The translations under genes were made by a program, and so were the position numbers. Under the pieces are notes generated by a model that was not told the DNA's origin, searched no databases, and worked only from the letters and a program-made list of their open reading frames with translations. This document shows positions 27,928-37,751 of a stretch of DNA of 64,000 bases, piece by piece. The DNA comes from Nitrospirota bacterium (GTDB lineage: Bacteria > Nitrospirota > Nitrospiria > 2-01-FULL-66-17). The stretch covers positions 64,001 to 128,000 of the forward strand of contig JBMOMC010000002.1 of the NCBI GenBank assembly GCA_049325335.1, given 5' to 3'. Every line of letters starts with the position of its first letter. Positions within the stretch are counted from its first letter, which is position 1.

Positions 27928-30356
27928 TGCGCCGCGATGATCCAGTTGAGGATGGTGGCGTAATCCGCGTCCGTGGCGGCCAACGGCGCGGGATTCACCG
28001 GCTGGCCGTTGCGGACCATCGGCACCACGCCGGTGCCTTTGACGAACAGCAGGCTATTGGCCGGGTTGGTCACGTTCACGCGGGCCGCGGTCGCCCCAAA
28101 GTCGCCTTCGGGGTCTCCGGTCAGCACGAAATTGCTGTCGCCGCCCGCCACGTGACAACTCGCGCACCGTCGTTGCAAGATGGGCTGAATCGTGGTTTCG
28201 AACACGGTCTCGTCCAGATTCGCCCGGCCCGGATTGGTGATGACGTCGTAGTTGCTGAACTGCGCGCCCAGATCGATCCACTCCACGATGGTGCGTTTAT
28301 CTTGGGCCGACAACATCCCGGCGTGGTTATTGGCGTCGGTGGCCGGCAAGGCCACGGACGAACGGAGTTCCTCGCCGAAGATGCGCTCGACCAGATGGCT
28401 TTGGCGTGATTCCCCGGGCTGCACGAGGTCGGATCCGTCCGACTCCATTTCGCCGCCGAGCAGGGTGGTGTACGAGATCGGGAACCCGAGGCCCGACACA
28501 TCGCCGCTCAAATCAAGATTCCCGCTCGGGGTGGTTGACGAGTGGCACGACACGCATTCCGCGTCGAAGATCGTCTGCACGTGGTCCGTATAGTCAATGA
28601 CCGCGATGGTGGGCGGCGTGTACACGGACGGCGCGCGGTTGAGCGCGATCGAATCCGCGGCTGCGCGTTGCGGCTGACCGCGACGCGGCGAATGGCAGCC
28701 GTTGCAGGTCCGGCTTTCGCCGGGCCGCACCTGCAGCCAGTTTTCCTTCACCTTAAACGACCGTCCCTCATTATCGACCACGTGCAAGGTCAGGGACGTG
28801 TCGGCCGGGACCGTGACCCGGAACGAGCCGTCCGCTTCGACCGGGGCATATCCCAGGATTTTTTGGCGCTCGAAGTCGGTGAGCCCCATGTCTTCGACCC
28901 CCACCCCGGGCTGGCTCGGCACCGCCTGGACCACTCGAACCTGTCTGACCACTTGCAGCGACGCGTCGCCGACCAGCGCCGCGAAGTCGATGTTGCCGCT
29001 GCCGTCGCGCGGAATGGTCACCCCCAAGACGCTGTTCGACAACGCGCGGTTGGCTTCGGAGTCGTACACGCTTGTTGCCGCGAGCACGCCGGTTGTCCCG
29101 GTCCGGTTCGCAGGTGTACTGGGCTTGGTCGAGGGGATATCGCTGGCGGCCACGGCCATCAACGGCACCGGCTCCACGTAGACCTGCTGGGTTCCGGCGT
29201 TCGGCACTTTGATGGGTTTGAGCGTTCCGTCCGCGTTGTTGAGCATCCAGATGCCATACCGAGCCTCTTCCCCCTCGGTCACCACCCCGGTATCCTCGTC
29301 TTCCATATCTTCGACCACCTCACCGGTCGAGTAGGAGACCAGGTAGCGGTTGGTCCCGTCCGGCACCGGGTACACGTTGTGATACCGGCCGACCTCGGAG
29401 GCTTCCCGGCCGGTGGGAATCACTTGGCTTCCGGTCAACTGGAGCGACGAGGTGTTGGGGTTGTCGGCTTCCGCCGCCACGTCGACCACGCCGATGGCGC
29501 CGCCTTCAAACGTGCCGGTCAATGGCATCATGGTGCCGACCATTTGCCCATCCGGGAGCTCCCGGATGTCCAAGAACGAGTTCACCCCGGAATGGGATCC
29601 GTATTTGACGAACATGTCGGTTCCGTCCGGTCCCATCACGAACATGGGGAACTTGTTTTCTCTGCCCAAGTGTTCCCAACGACTGAACGCAATGTTCCCG
29701 TCGCGCAGGACAATCGGGTTGCGGTCGTGGCTTTGATTAAACGAAATCTGGACCACCTCGCCGCCGTCGCACGACGGTTGGGACGACGACACCGGTTGCG
29801 TGCGATCCAGCATGTGCAGCACGGTGGATCGCCGGCGTTCGTATTCGTCGAGGTGCCCGGGTCGATCCGAGGAGAACACGATTCGGCCGTCGGGCAGGTA
29901 CTGCGGATCCACTTCGTTTGACGAACCGCACGTGAGCTGGACCGGATCGCTCACCCGCGTCCCGTCCGCGTTCACGTCCACTTCGTACAGATGCCACCGG
30001 TCCGCGCTGCTGGTGCGCATCGCGAACACCACCCGAAACTGCTCGTCGGTGGTCTGGGCGAACACCTCCGGATCGCTCACATCGCCGACCCCGTTCGTGA
30101 CATCACCCGTGAGGTTTCGTAGGGTGCCGGATGGGGTGGCGGGCACCAGAGTCATCAGATCGCCGCCTGGTTCGAAGCGAATGGGATCCAATGGGTCACC
30201 AATCGCGTCGAGGCTCCGCGCCGCAAAGACGATCCCAGGGATGTCTTCCTGCGCGACCGGGCTCTCTCCGGTTCCGCAGGACCACGCGGCAACCCCGCCG
30301 ACCAGGGACAACGCGCCCCAACGGATCCACTTCATCGTTTGTGCGTGCAGTCGCAT
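27924..30356 (-). CDS. HzsA-like (hydrazine synthase alpha middle domain) triheme c lipoprotein with beta-propeller
   Basis: GAGGA RBS, AWSC lipobox, PD40-like repeats (DPQYLPDGRIVFSS), ILGYAPVEADGS..V.VPA...GESRTCNGCH, CVSCH, CASCH. Confidence 0.85.
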   Translation of the reverse strand: MRLHAQTMKWIRWGALSLVGGVAAWSCGTGESPVAQEDIPGIVFAARSLDAIGDPLDPIRFEPGGDLMTLVPATPSGTLRNLTGDVTNGVGDVSDPEVFAQTTDEQFRVVFAMRTSSADRWHLYEVDVNADGTRVSDPVQLTCGSSNEVDPQYLPDGRIVFSSDRPGHLDEYERRRSTVLHMLDRTQPVSSSQPSCDGGEVVQISFNQSHDRNPIVLRDGNIAFSRWEHLGRENKFPMFVMGPDGTDMFVKYGSHSGVNSFLDIRELPDGQMVGTMMPLTGTFEGGAIGVVDVAAEADNPNTSSLQLTGSQVIPTGREASEVGRYHNVYPVPDGTNRYLVSYSTGEVVEDMEDEDTGVVTEGEEARYGIWMLNNADGTLKPIKVPNAGTQQVYVEPVPLMAVAASDIPSTKPSTPANRTGTTGVLAATSVYDSEANRALSNSVLGVTIPRDGSGNIDFAALVGDASLQVVRQVRVVQAVPSQPGVGVEDMGLTDFERQKILGYAPVEADGSFRVTVPADTSLTLHVVDNEGRSFKVKENWLQVRPGESRTCNGCHSPRRGQPQRAAADSIALNRAPSVYTPPTIAVIDYTDHVQTIFDAECVSCHSSTTPSGNLDLSGDVSGLGFPISYTTLLGGEMESDGSDLVQPGESRQSHLVERIFGEELRSSVALPATDANNHAGMLSAQDKRTIVEWIDLGAQFSNYDVITNPGRANLDETVFETTIQPILQRRCASCHVAGGDSNFVLTGDPEGDFGATAARVNVTNPANSLLFVKGTGVVPMVRNGQPVNPAPLAATDADYATILNWIIAAQ

Positions 30357-30553
30357 AGCGTCCTCGTTTCTCGGGGTGAAGAGTGGGTACATGGCTCGTC
30401 GCATAGGTGCAAATCGCATGCGAGGCTCGGTGTGGAGCTCGATCGCGGCCGCGGGGGCGAAACGCTCGATTGCCGGCTTGTCGTTGTTCGAACATGGACA
30501 TCGGATTCAAAAATGGTGATGACCCTTCCATGGGTAATTACCATCCGGTGATG

Positions 30554-31921
30554 TCAGGCGATACGCGCCGGGGCGAGCGAGCCGTCGGCGGGGGGCGTAT
30601 GCTCCTGGAGCAACACGCGGCGGTGCCAGTGTCCGGCGCGGACGCGGTGCAGCAGCAGCGCCATGCGCACGAGCCAATCCGCGGCCATCAAGCTCCACAC
30701 GGTCGTCACGTCCGCGTGCCAGACCGCCGCGCACAACCACGCCGCCGGAACCCGCACGCCCCAACTCCCGATGACCGTGCTCAGGAAGAGAAACCCCGTG
30801 TCGCCGGCTCCGCGCAGCGAACCCGACAGCGTCAACGCGAGGGCCATAGGGATCTGGAGGATCGCGGCGATCAGGAGAAACGACGCGCCGAGCGCGATGA
30901 CTTCCGGATCGTGGGTGAACAGTCGGAGCAAGGGCCCCGGCGCGAGCACGAACAGCAACGCACATCCGGCCATCATCATGACGGCCAGGCGTGCGGCTTC
31001 ACGAGTGGCGATGACCGCCTGCGTGATCTGCCGAGCGCCCAACCGTTGCCCCACCACGGTGGTCGCGGCGATGCCGATTCCCAGACCGGGGAGAAAGGAG
31101 ATCGCTTCGATCGCCATGCCGATTTGGTGCGCCGCGTACGCCACGGTGCCGTACACGATCACGGCTTTGACGAAGAGCAGTTGCGCGAGTTGTTGCAGGA
31201 TTCGATCTGCGAAGACCGGCAGTCCGACCCGCAGCACGGGCGCCATGACGGTTTGCGGGGCGCGCCCCGCGAGGAGGTACCGTTTCTTGAGGCCGACGTA
31301 GAGGAGGTACGCGGCGCCCGAGGACTCCGAGACCGCGCCGGCGACCGCCGCGCCGGTGACCCCGAGCGCGGGGAGCCCCCAGAGGCCGTGGATCAAGGGA
31401 TAGGCCGCGGCCACGTGGATGACGTTCATGCCGATCGCGGCGCACAGGGGCGAACGCGTGTTGCCCGCGCCGTGCATCACGGCGGAGATCAGGTTCACGA
31501 GCAGGGAGCAGGTAAAGAACAAAAACACGATGCGAAGATAGGGCGCGACCACGTCCACCACGTCATCGGGCGCGCCCAGAAAGATCGCGCCGTAGCGGCT
31601 GCACAATATGCCGGCCGCGCTGATGCCGATTCCCATGACCGCGCCGACCATGACGGACCGCATTCCCACGCGGCCGGCGTCGTCGCGTCGCTGCGCGCCC
31701 CAGAGTTGAGCGACCAAGACGCTGGCGCCGGCCGCCAGCCCCCACGCCGCGGTCATCCCCGTCAGCATGAGGAGTTGTCCGATGCCGACCGTGGCGATGG
31801 CGACTGTTCCCAGGCCGCCGACCAACGCCAGATCAACGATCATGGTGGCGCGTTGGAGCAGGCTGCTGAGCACCACCGGCCCCGCCAAGGAGCAGATTTC
31901 TCGGCGAATCGCGTCCATCAT
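30554..31921 (-). CDS. MATE family efflux transporter
   Basis: About 12 TM; VDLALVGGLG, GAGNTRSP, LGVTGAA, LRGAGDT. Confidence 0.9.
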   Translation of the reverse strand: MMDAIRREICSLAGPVVLSSLLQRATMIVDLALVGGLGTVAIATVGIGQLLMLTGMTAAWGLAAGASVLVAQLWGAQRRDDAGRVGMRSVMVGAVMGIGISAAGILCSRYGAIFLGAPDDVVDVVAPYLRIVFLFFTCSLLVNLISAVMHGAGNTRSPLCAAIGMNVIHVAAAYPLIHGLWGLPALGVTGAAVAGAVSESSGAAYLLYVGLKKRYLLAGRAPQTVMAPVLRVGLPVFADRILQQLAQLLFVKAVIVYGTVAYAAHQIGMAIEAISFLPGLGIGIAATTVVGQRLGARQITQAVIATREAARLAVMMMAGCALLFVLAPGPLLRLFTHDPEVIALGASFLLIAAILQIPMALALTLSGSLRGAGDTGFLFLSTVIGSWGVRVPAAWLCAAVWHADVTTVWSLMAADWLVRMALLLHRVRAGHWHRRVLLQEHTPPADGSLAPARIA

Positions 31922-32328
31922 GAATGTGTGAGAGGCGGTAGCAAGATAACACAGCCCTGTGGCGTGTCTATCCAATGACGGGGTGAGCGGCGGACGTGCG
32001 CCTGAAGCGTGGCGGTGTCGAATGTGCCGCGGTGTCGCGATCAACACCCGTCGCGGCTTAATGCCAGAACAATGCCACCGTGTGTCGTTGATCTCGGCGT
32101 GGAAAACGCGGTGGGTTCATCAGAATATGCCGAAAATCCGTCGCGAGTGCCGGGTTTTGGCGTCACTGTTTCGCCGGGCGCTCTCCCCGTGAAATGGGAG
32201 GGGATCTGTTCGCGTCGGGTGATTCAAGAAGGAGGCGGTGAGTCGTCGCGACGTGTCATGATAAGGGCCCGTCGGTGGAGTGTCCGACGGGCCCTTGGGC
32301 CACGGGTTGGAACCGAGAGGGGAGTGGA

Positions 32329-32946
32329 TTACTTCGACGGTTTTTCCTGAATAGCCTCGATCTCCAATTTGATCTTCACCGTATCACCCACCACGAGGCC
32401 GCCCTTATCCAAGGTCTTGGTCCACTGCATGCCGAAATCTTTGCGGTTGATGACGCCTTCGCCGCTAAATCCCACACGGGTATTCCCGTACGGGTCGGCC
32501 ACCGCCCCGTTGAACGTCCCGGTGAGCGTCATCTCTTTTGTGACGCCGAGCAGGGTGAGGTCACCGATCGCGGTGTACTGATCGCCCGCCTTGGTGTACC
32601 TCTTCATTTTGTACGTCATGGTCGGGTGTTTGGCGACGTGAAAGAAGTCGGGACTCTTCAAATGGTCGTCTCGTTTTTTGTGGTTGGTGGTCACGGAAGC
32701 GGTCTGGATCACCGCGTCGATGGATTTAACCTCTTTCGTGTCGGGGTCCATGACCACCGATCCCGACAACTCCGTAAATCGCCCGGTGGTCCGGGAGACC
32801 ACCATATGGGCCACGTCGAACCCGACGATCGAGTGGTCGAGGTCCACGTTGAACCGCGCAACCTCGGCATACACGGCGTTCGGAAGCCACGCAACGGCCG
32901 CCGCGACCGCAAACAGACGCGCCCATCCTGGGAAAACGTGACTCAT
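32329..32946 (-). CDS. yceI: YceI family protein
   Basis: DLDHS.VGF..HM, RDDHLKSPDFF, GDLTLLGVTK, INRKDFG; AGGAGG RBS. Confidence 0.9.
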   Translation of the reverse strand: MSHVFPGWARLFAVAAAVAWLPNAVYAEVARFNVDLDHSIVGFDVAHMVVSRTTGRFTELSGSVVMDPDTKEVKSIDAVIQTASVTTNHKKRDDHLKSPDFFHVAKHPTMTYKMKRYTKAGDQYTAIGDLTLLGVTKEMTLTGTFNGAVADPYGNTRVGFSGEGVINRKDFGMQWTKTLDKGGLVVGDTVKIKLEIEAIQEKPSK

Positions 32947-33089
32947 CGTGTCCTCCTGTGCCTGTTGTCCTTGGTGTGTGGCGTCGAAGCCGAGGGATGC
33001 TAGCCATGAGGACATGAGCTTGTCAAGCGGGCCCGCGCGACGCGTCGGGGAGTTGACAGGCGAGCGGAAGCTGGTATGTCCATACCATC

Positions 33090-33932
33090 ATGACGATGAT
33101 TCACGGCGCGGATGGAGCCGCTAGGCGGCGCCCCAACAAATGGTTCGTGGCCGTGTGGCGCGCGATCTGCAAGTGGAGCGTGCGTCCCGTTGCGGACCGA
33201 GGCGATGTGCGTGAGACGCGGGCCCCCCGCGCCGCGGCCGGTTATACCGTGGATCTCGCCGAAGCGTTGCAGGTTCTTCGGCACGCCGGGTATCCGGAAC
33301 CGCCCAACCACGTCCGATCCGAGAATGCCCGAATCGAATACGTGTTGCACGCCTTGTGCGAATTGACGATCCATGACGGCTTGACCGGTCTGGTCAACGC
33401 CCGGCAGTTCATGACCGTGTTGGAACAGGAGGTGGAACGATCGTTCCGGACCGGACAGCCGTGTTCATTGCTGCTGATCGACTTGGATCATTTTAAGGCG
33501 ATCAACGATCACCGCGGGCACGTGGCCGGCGATCAAGCGCTTCGGATGGTGGGGCGTGTGATGAAGTCCGGAACACGCACCATGGACACTGCGGCACGCT
33601 ACGGCGGCGAGGAGTTCGCGGTGCTGCTCCCGAACACGTCGCGGGACAGCGCCGCGAAAATCGCCGAGCGACTCAGATGTCACATCGCGCAGGAGGCGGT
33701 GCCGGTCGAGGGCGGCGCGTTCCACGTGACGTGCAGCATCGGCATGGCCTGTCTGAGTGGTCAAGCCCGTCGCACCGGAACGGAATTCATCGCGATGGCC
33801 GACGAACAGCTCTACCGCGCGAAACACCAGGGCCGGAACCAAGTGTGCTGCGACGAGGAACCCGCGCTCGCGCTGACTCCGAACGAGCGGCTGGCCTTGT
33901 CGAATCGAACCCGCGGCACGGAGGGGATGTGA
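33090..33932 (+). CDS. Diguanylate cyclase
   Basis: DGLTGL.N, DLDHFK.IND, RxxD, intact GGEEF. Confidence 0.9.
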   Translation: MTMIHGADGAARRRPNKWFVAVWRAICKWSVRPVADRGDVRETRAPRAAAGYTVDLAEALQVLRHAGYPEPPNHVRSENARIEYVLHALCELTIHDGLTGLVNARQFMTVLEQEVERSFRTGQPCSLLLIDLDHFKAINDHRGHVAGDQALRMVGRVMKSGTRTMDTAARYGGEEFAVLLPNTSRDSAAKIAERLRCHIAQEAVPVEGGAFHVTCSIGMACLSGQARRTGTEFIAMADEQLYRAKHQGRNQVCCDEEPALALTPNERLALSNRTRGTEGM

Positions 33933-34744
33933 TGAGCACAACCATGCAACGGGCCCGCGTCATCGCGGTGACCAGTGGGAAAGGCGGCGTCGGCAAAACG
34001 CTCCTCACCGCCAACCTGAGTTATTGTCTGGCGCAGGCCGGTCACGCGGTGTTGGTGGTGGACGCGGATTTTGGTCTGGCCAATCTGGACATCATGCTTA
34101 ATCTCAGTCCGTCGGCCACGCTCCATGACGTCATCGTCGGCGCCAAATCGCTCGACGAGGTGATCATCGACGGACCCGGCGGCATCCGGATCGTGCCGGC
34201 CGCGTCCGGGATGGCCGAGTACACTCGGATGTCCGCGGACTTTCGGGACGCGTTGGTGGAGACGCTCGCCGCGCTCGCCGCGCGGTACGACTACGTGTTG
34301 CTCGATACCGGCGCCGGGATTTCCGACGCGGTGTTGTACACCACGTCGTTGGCGGATGAGGTGATCATTGTGGCGACGCCGGACCCGACCGCCATGACCG
34401 ACGCGTATGCCGCGGTGAAACTCATTGCGGGGCAACAGCGGCGGTCATGGCTGTGGTTGTTGGTCAATCAGGCGTCCGACGCCGCGACCGGTACGCGCAT
34501 CGCACAGCAACTTCAGCGCGTAGTCGATCAGTTTCTGCAACCGCAACTGGGGCGTCCGGTCCGGTTGTCCCCTCTGGCCGTGATTCCCGCGGACCCCCGA
34601 GCCGGGCAGTCCGTCTGCGCGCAGCAACTCTTGACGGCCGTGGCCCGGGACTCGAAGGCCGCGCTCGCCATCGCGGACGCGGCCCAACGCCTTCAGGTTC
34701 CTCCGGGGGAATCCGCCGTACCGCGTGTCGCCAACCAACGGTGA
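33932..34744 (+). CDS. MinD/FlhG(FleN)-like ATPase
   Basis: SGKGGVGKT, DADFGLANLD, LLDTGAGI, TDAYA. Start overlaps the GGDEF stop. Confidence 0.9.
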   Translation: MSTTMQRARVIAVTSGKGGVGKTLLTANLSYCLAQAGHAVLVVDADFGLANLDIMLNLSPSATLHDVIVGAKSLDEVIIDGPGGIRIVPAASGMAEYTRMSADFRDALVETLAALAARYDYVLLDTGAGISDAVLYTTSLADEVIIVATPDPTAMTDAYAAVKLIAGQQRRSWLWLLVNQASDAATGTRIAQQLQRVVDQFLQPQLGRPVRLSPLAVIPADPRAGQSVCAQQLLTAVARDSKAALAIADAAQRLQVPPGESAVPRVANQR

Positions 34745-34862
34745 CGGGGTCCGCCGGCGCGCGATTTGACGGCCTGACGGGCGGGCGGTACCTTTCCGGT
34801 ACGCGGGTATCCGAGATGGGGATGTGTCGCGCGGAGAACGGCTCCGCGCAGGGAGGAACCAC

Positions 34863-36137
34863 ATGACGGTACGTCACGTCGTCGCCGTTGTTTCGGCCGC
34901 CTGGGGCGTGGTTGCCTTGGGCGCGTTAGCGGGCCTTGCCGCGCTGTTCGTTCGATCGGGATCGGTCAGCGCTCCGGCATCGGTCGCCAGTCTTGCCGCG
35001 GTGGCCGGCGCGCTCGCCGCGTTGACCGTGATCGCCATTGGTCTGGCGGCCAGACGCCTGTTCGATCCGATGGCGCGGGCGCTCGCGGATCGGTGGTTGG
35101 ACGCGCAACGCTCCGCGCGCGAATTGGAGCGTTCCCACAAAGAATTCGCGATCGTGGCCCGTTACGCGGATTCCTGTACGAAGTTCCAAGACTCCGCGGA
35201 ACTTTACCGGAATCTGACCCATCACATGGCGCAAACGGTCGGCGCCGGCGTGTGTTTCATCATGCGATATGAAAAGGCGTCCAACCGCATGGTGGGTCAA
35301 GCCCCGGGATACGGGATCGCGGAGGAGGCCATCAAGTCGATCCAGTATGCGGTGACCCCTGCAGTCAAGGCCGTCTGGAACTTCTCGACCCAGGGGAGCC
35401 TGCTCAGTAACGATCCGCAAGGAGACCGGCGTATCTTGCCCGAGATCACCACCGCATTGGGGCTCTACAACTGCCTGGTGGTCCCGTTCTTTTTCCAGGG
35501 GCGCGTGGCCGGCCTTGTGGTGGCTGCGAATAAACCGCGCTGGTTTACCTACGATGAGGTGCGGATGCTGAGCGCGTTTTCGAGCTACACGTCGCTGGCA
35601 GTGGCCAACCAACAACTGCAGCAGGAAATGCGGCGGACCATTCGTGACGGCCTCACCGGGTTGTATGCCGCGCATTACTTCCGCGGGTTGTTGGATCAGG
35701 CCATCGCGGCCCAGGAGGCCGGGGGCCGCCACGTCTCGGTGTTGGCGGTGGCCATCGATAATTTTCAGGCGTGCCTGGAGTTGTACGGTCGCTCCGGCGC
35801 GGATCGGATCGTCAAGGAAGTGGCGTCGCGCCTGCTCGGTTACGTGGGCGCCGACGGGTACGTGGCGCGGTACGGAGCCCAGGAGTTCGTGATGGCGTGG
35901 CTGGGCCGAGACGGGAACGACCCGACGACCGCGGCGGAACGGATCCGCGGGCTGGTTGAGGAACACCCGGTTGCCGTCGACACCGGGATTCCGTTTGCCG
36001 TCACCGTGAGCATCGGGGTGGCGTCCGCCACCGTTCCGGTCGCTTCCGAACGACTGCTCCACGCGGCCCAGAGCGCGTTGCGTCGAGCCAACCAGAGCGG
36101 GAAGAACCACATCGTGACGGCCGGCGTCGACGCATAA
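34863..36137 (+). CDS. Membrane GAF plus degenerate GGDEF protein
   Basis: Two TM, GAF domain, DGLTGL, GAQEF in place of GGDEF. Confidence 0.8.
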   Translation: MTVRHVVAVVSAAWGVVALGALAGLAALFVRSGSVSAPASVASLAAVAGALAALTVIAIGLAARRLFDPMARALADRWLDAQRSARELERSHKEFAIVARYADSCTKFQDSAELYRNLTHHMAQTVGAGVCFIMRYEKASNRMVGQAPGYGIAEEAIKSIQYAVTPAVKAVWNFSTQGSLLSNDPQGDRRILPEITTALGLYNCLVVPFFFQGRVAGLVVAANKPRWFTYDEVRMLSAFSSYTSLAVANQQLQQEMRRTIRDGLTGLYAAHYFRGLLDQAIAAQEAGGRHVSVLAVAIDNFQACLELYGRSGADRIVKEVASRLLGYVGADGYVARYGAQEFVMAWLGRDGNDPTTAAERIRGLVEEHPVAVDTGIPFAVTVSIGVASATVPVASERLLHAAQSALRRANQSGKNHIVTAGVDA

Positions 36138-36234
36138 GCGTTCCCTTTTCCAGCTTCACGAGCCAGCCCACGAACGTCTCGCCGGATACACCCGCCGTCT
36201 CCGTAGTACAATAGGCCGCACAGGAGGGCGGGTG

Positions 36235-36621
36235 ATGAACGGATCGATGTGGATCGGCCTGTTGGCCGCGGCGATGATTGTGGTGGGTGGTGCGCCTGAG
36301 GTGGGCGCGGCGGATCTGACGACCATTCACGGTCCGCAACTTGAGGCATTGATGGCCGACGGCCGGCCGCTAACGGTCGTGGACGTTCGGGAGCCCGAGT
36401 TGTTCGCCGCCGGGCACATTCCGGGCGCCGTGAATATCCCGTACGACGACGCCAGGCCGCGCATCGTTCGGGACCTGTCGCCAGACGAACGGATCGTGTT
36501 CGTCTGCCACGGCGGCCCAATGGGTGATGAACTGGGTGCCCTGCTTGCGGCTCGCGGGTATGGCTCCGTCTACAACCTCGCGGGCGGCATGAAAAAGTGG
36601 CGAGGCGCCGTGGTGAAGTAG
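36235..36621 (+). CDS. Secreted rhodanese-like protein
   Basis: VDVRE, GHIPGA, active-site CHGG, LAGGMKKW. Confidence 0.88.
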   Translation: MNGSMWIGLLAAAMIVVGGAPEVGAADLTTIHGPQLEALMADGRPLTVVDVREPELFAAGHIPGAVNIPYDDARPRIVRDLSPDERIVFVCHGGPMGDELGALLAARGYGSVYNLAGGMKKWRGAVVK

Positions 36622-36654
36622 CGGAGCCCCGTTCGAGGCGGGCCGCGTCGGGTG

Positions 36655-37545
36655 TTAGAACGTGACGTAGACGTCCACGAGGCCTCCGGCGCCGCTCTCC
36701 TTGCCGGTTCGTTCAAAGTTCGTGACCACCACCCCCGCGGTCACGCCCCACGAATCAGCCAGGAAGCGGATGCCGGGCACGAACGACAGCGCGTCATCCG
36801 GCTCGTGCGCCGCGCTCCGGCGGGCGGATGTACCGCTTGCCTCCGCGATGAGTTGCAGTTCTCCGGCATCTTCCAACAATCCGGCCCGACCCAGGGGAAC
36901 CACGACCGCCACCCCATACACCAGGGCGGAGTCGGATTCCGGACGGCCGGGGTCGCGCCAGAATCCTCCCAACTCGGTTACCACCGACCACCGGTGTTCG
37001 CCGGAGGCCAGGTCGAGTTCTCCCGACAGCGTGGCCAGATACCCGTTGGTGCTGACGCTGCCGATCTCCAGTTTGTCCGCGGTTTCGCCCACCCAGGTGG
37101 CGGAGGCGGCGAGCGCGGGACGCCAACCGCGTTGATTCCACACCCGATGTTTCACCGAGAGGGTGGTGTCCCCGACGCCGTCGGTCGACACGTCGTTCGC
37201 CTGAACATTGACGTACGGGGCGGTGACGGCCGCCTCGATGCGCGCCGGGAGCCCCACTGCCACGGCCCATCGGATCTGGGTAAGGGCATCGGCCGCCGGG
37301 TCCTCTCCCAAAAGGATGTCCACGCGGTTGCCGACGCTTCCGGAGGCGCCGTAGGCCATGAGCCCGACACGGCCCTGCCCCGGGGCCAACACCTCGGGCG
37401 AGTTGACGGTGATCGCGCCGGTGTATCCCAACACCGTGGGCGCCGGGGCAAACGGCCCGGCCGTGCCGGGCCGCGGCGTTGCTGCGATCGCCAACAACAG
37501 GAGGAGCAGAGTGAATCGGCGCCGACGTATCAACCGTGTGGTCAT
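36655..37545 (-). CDS. Outer-membrane beta-barrel (transporter/MetA-pathway-like)
   Basis: Signal peptide, GVGDTTLSVK, terminal YVTF. Confidence 0.65.
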   Translation of the reverse strand: MTTRLIRRRRFTLLLLLLAIAATPRPGTAGPFAPAPTVLGYTGAITVNSPEVLAPGQGRVGLMAYGASGSVGNRVDILLGEDPAADALTQIRWAVAVGLPARIEAAVTAPYVNVQANDVSTDGVGDTTLSVKHRVWNQRGWRPALAASATWVGETADKLEIGSVSTNGYLATLSGELDLASGEHRWSVVTELGGFWRDPGRPESDSALVYGVAVVVPLGRAGLLEDAGELQLIAEASGTSARRSAAHEPDDALSFVPGIRFLADSWGVTAGVVVTNFERTGKESGAGGLVDVYVTF

Positions 37546-37751
37546 TAGGGGTCCCGGGTATCCCGTCAACATGGCGTGTAACCGCCGGGCGATCGTAGCC
37601 AGGGGGCCATCGACGTGTCAAGGGGTTCGCCGTCGATCGCGGGGCGGCGCCCGTGTATGGACGATGCGGCACGCTGGTCCGCGGTCGAGTTGACGGATCG
37701 CCACGCTGTGCGTACTCTCTTCTCCCGTCACCTCATGGGAGGAGTGGCGGC

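Noticed and set aside
27924..30356. Anammox hydrazine synthase
   Set aside because: No hzsB/hzsC or hydrazine dehydrogenase in the window; a lipoprotein in an envelope operon fits the widespread HzsA-like family.
30404..30430. Sigma54 promoter for the large operon (minus strand TCGCATGCGATTTGCA)
   Set aside because: The -12 box and spacing fit, but the invariant -24 GG reads CG.
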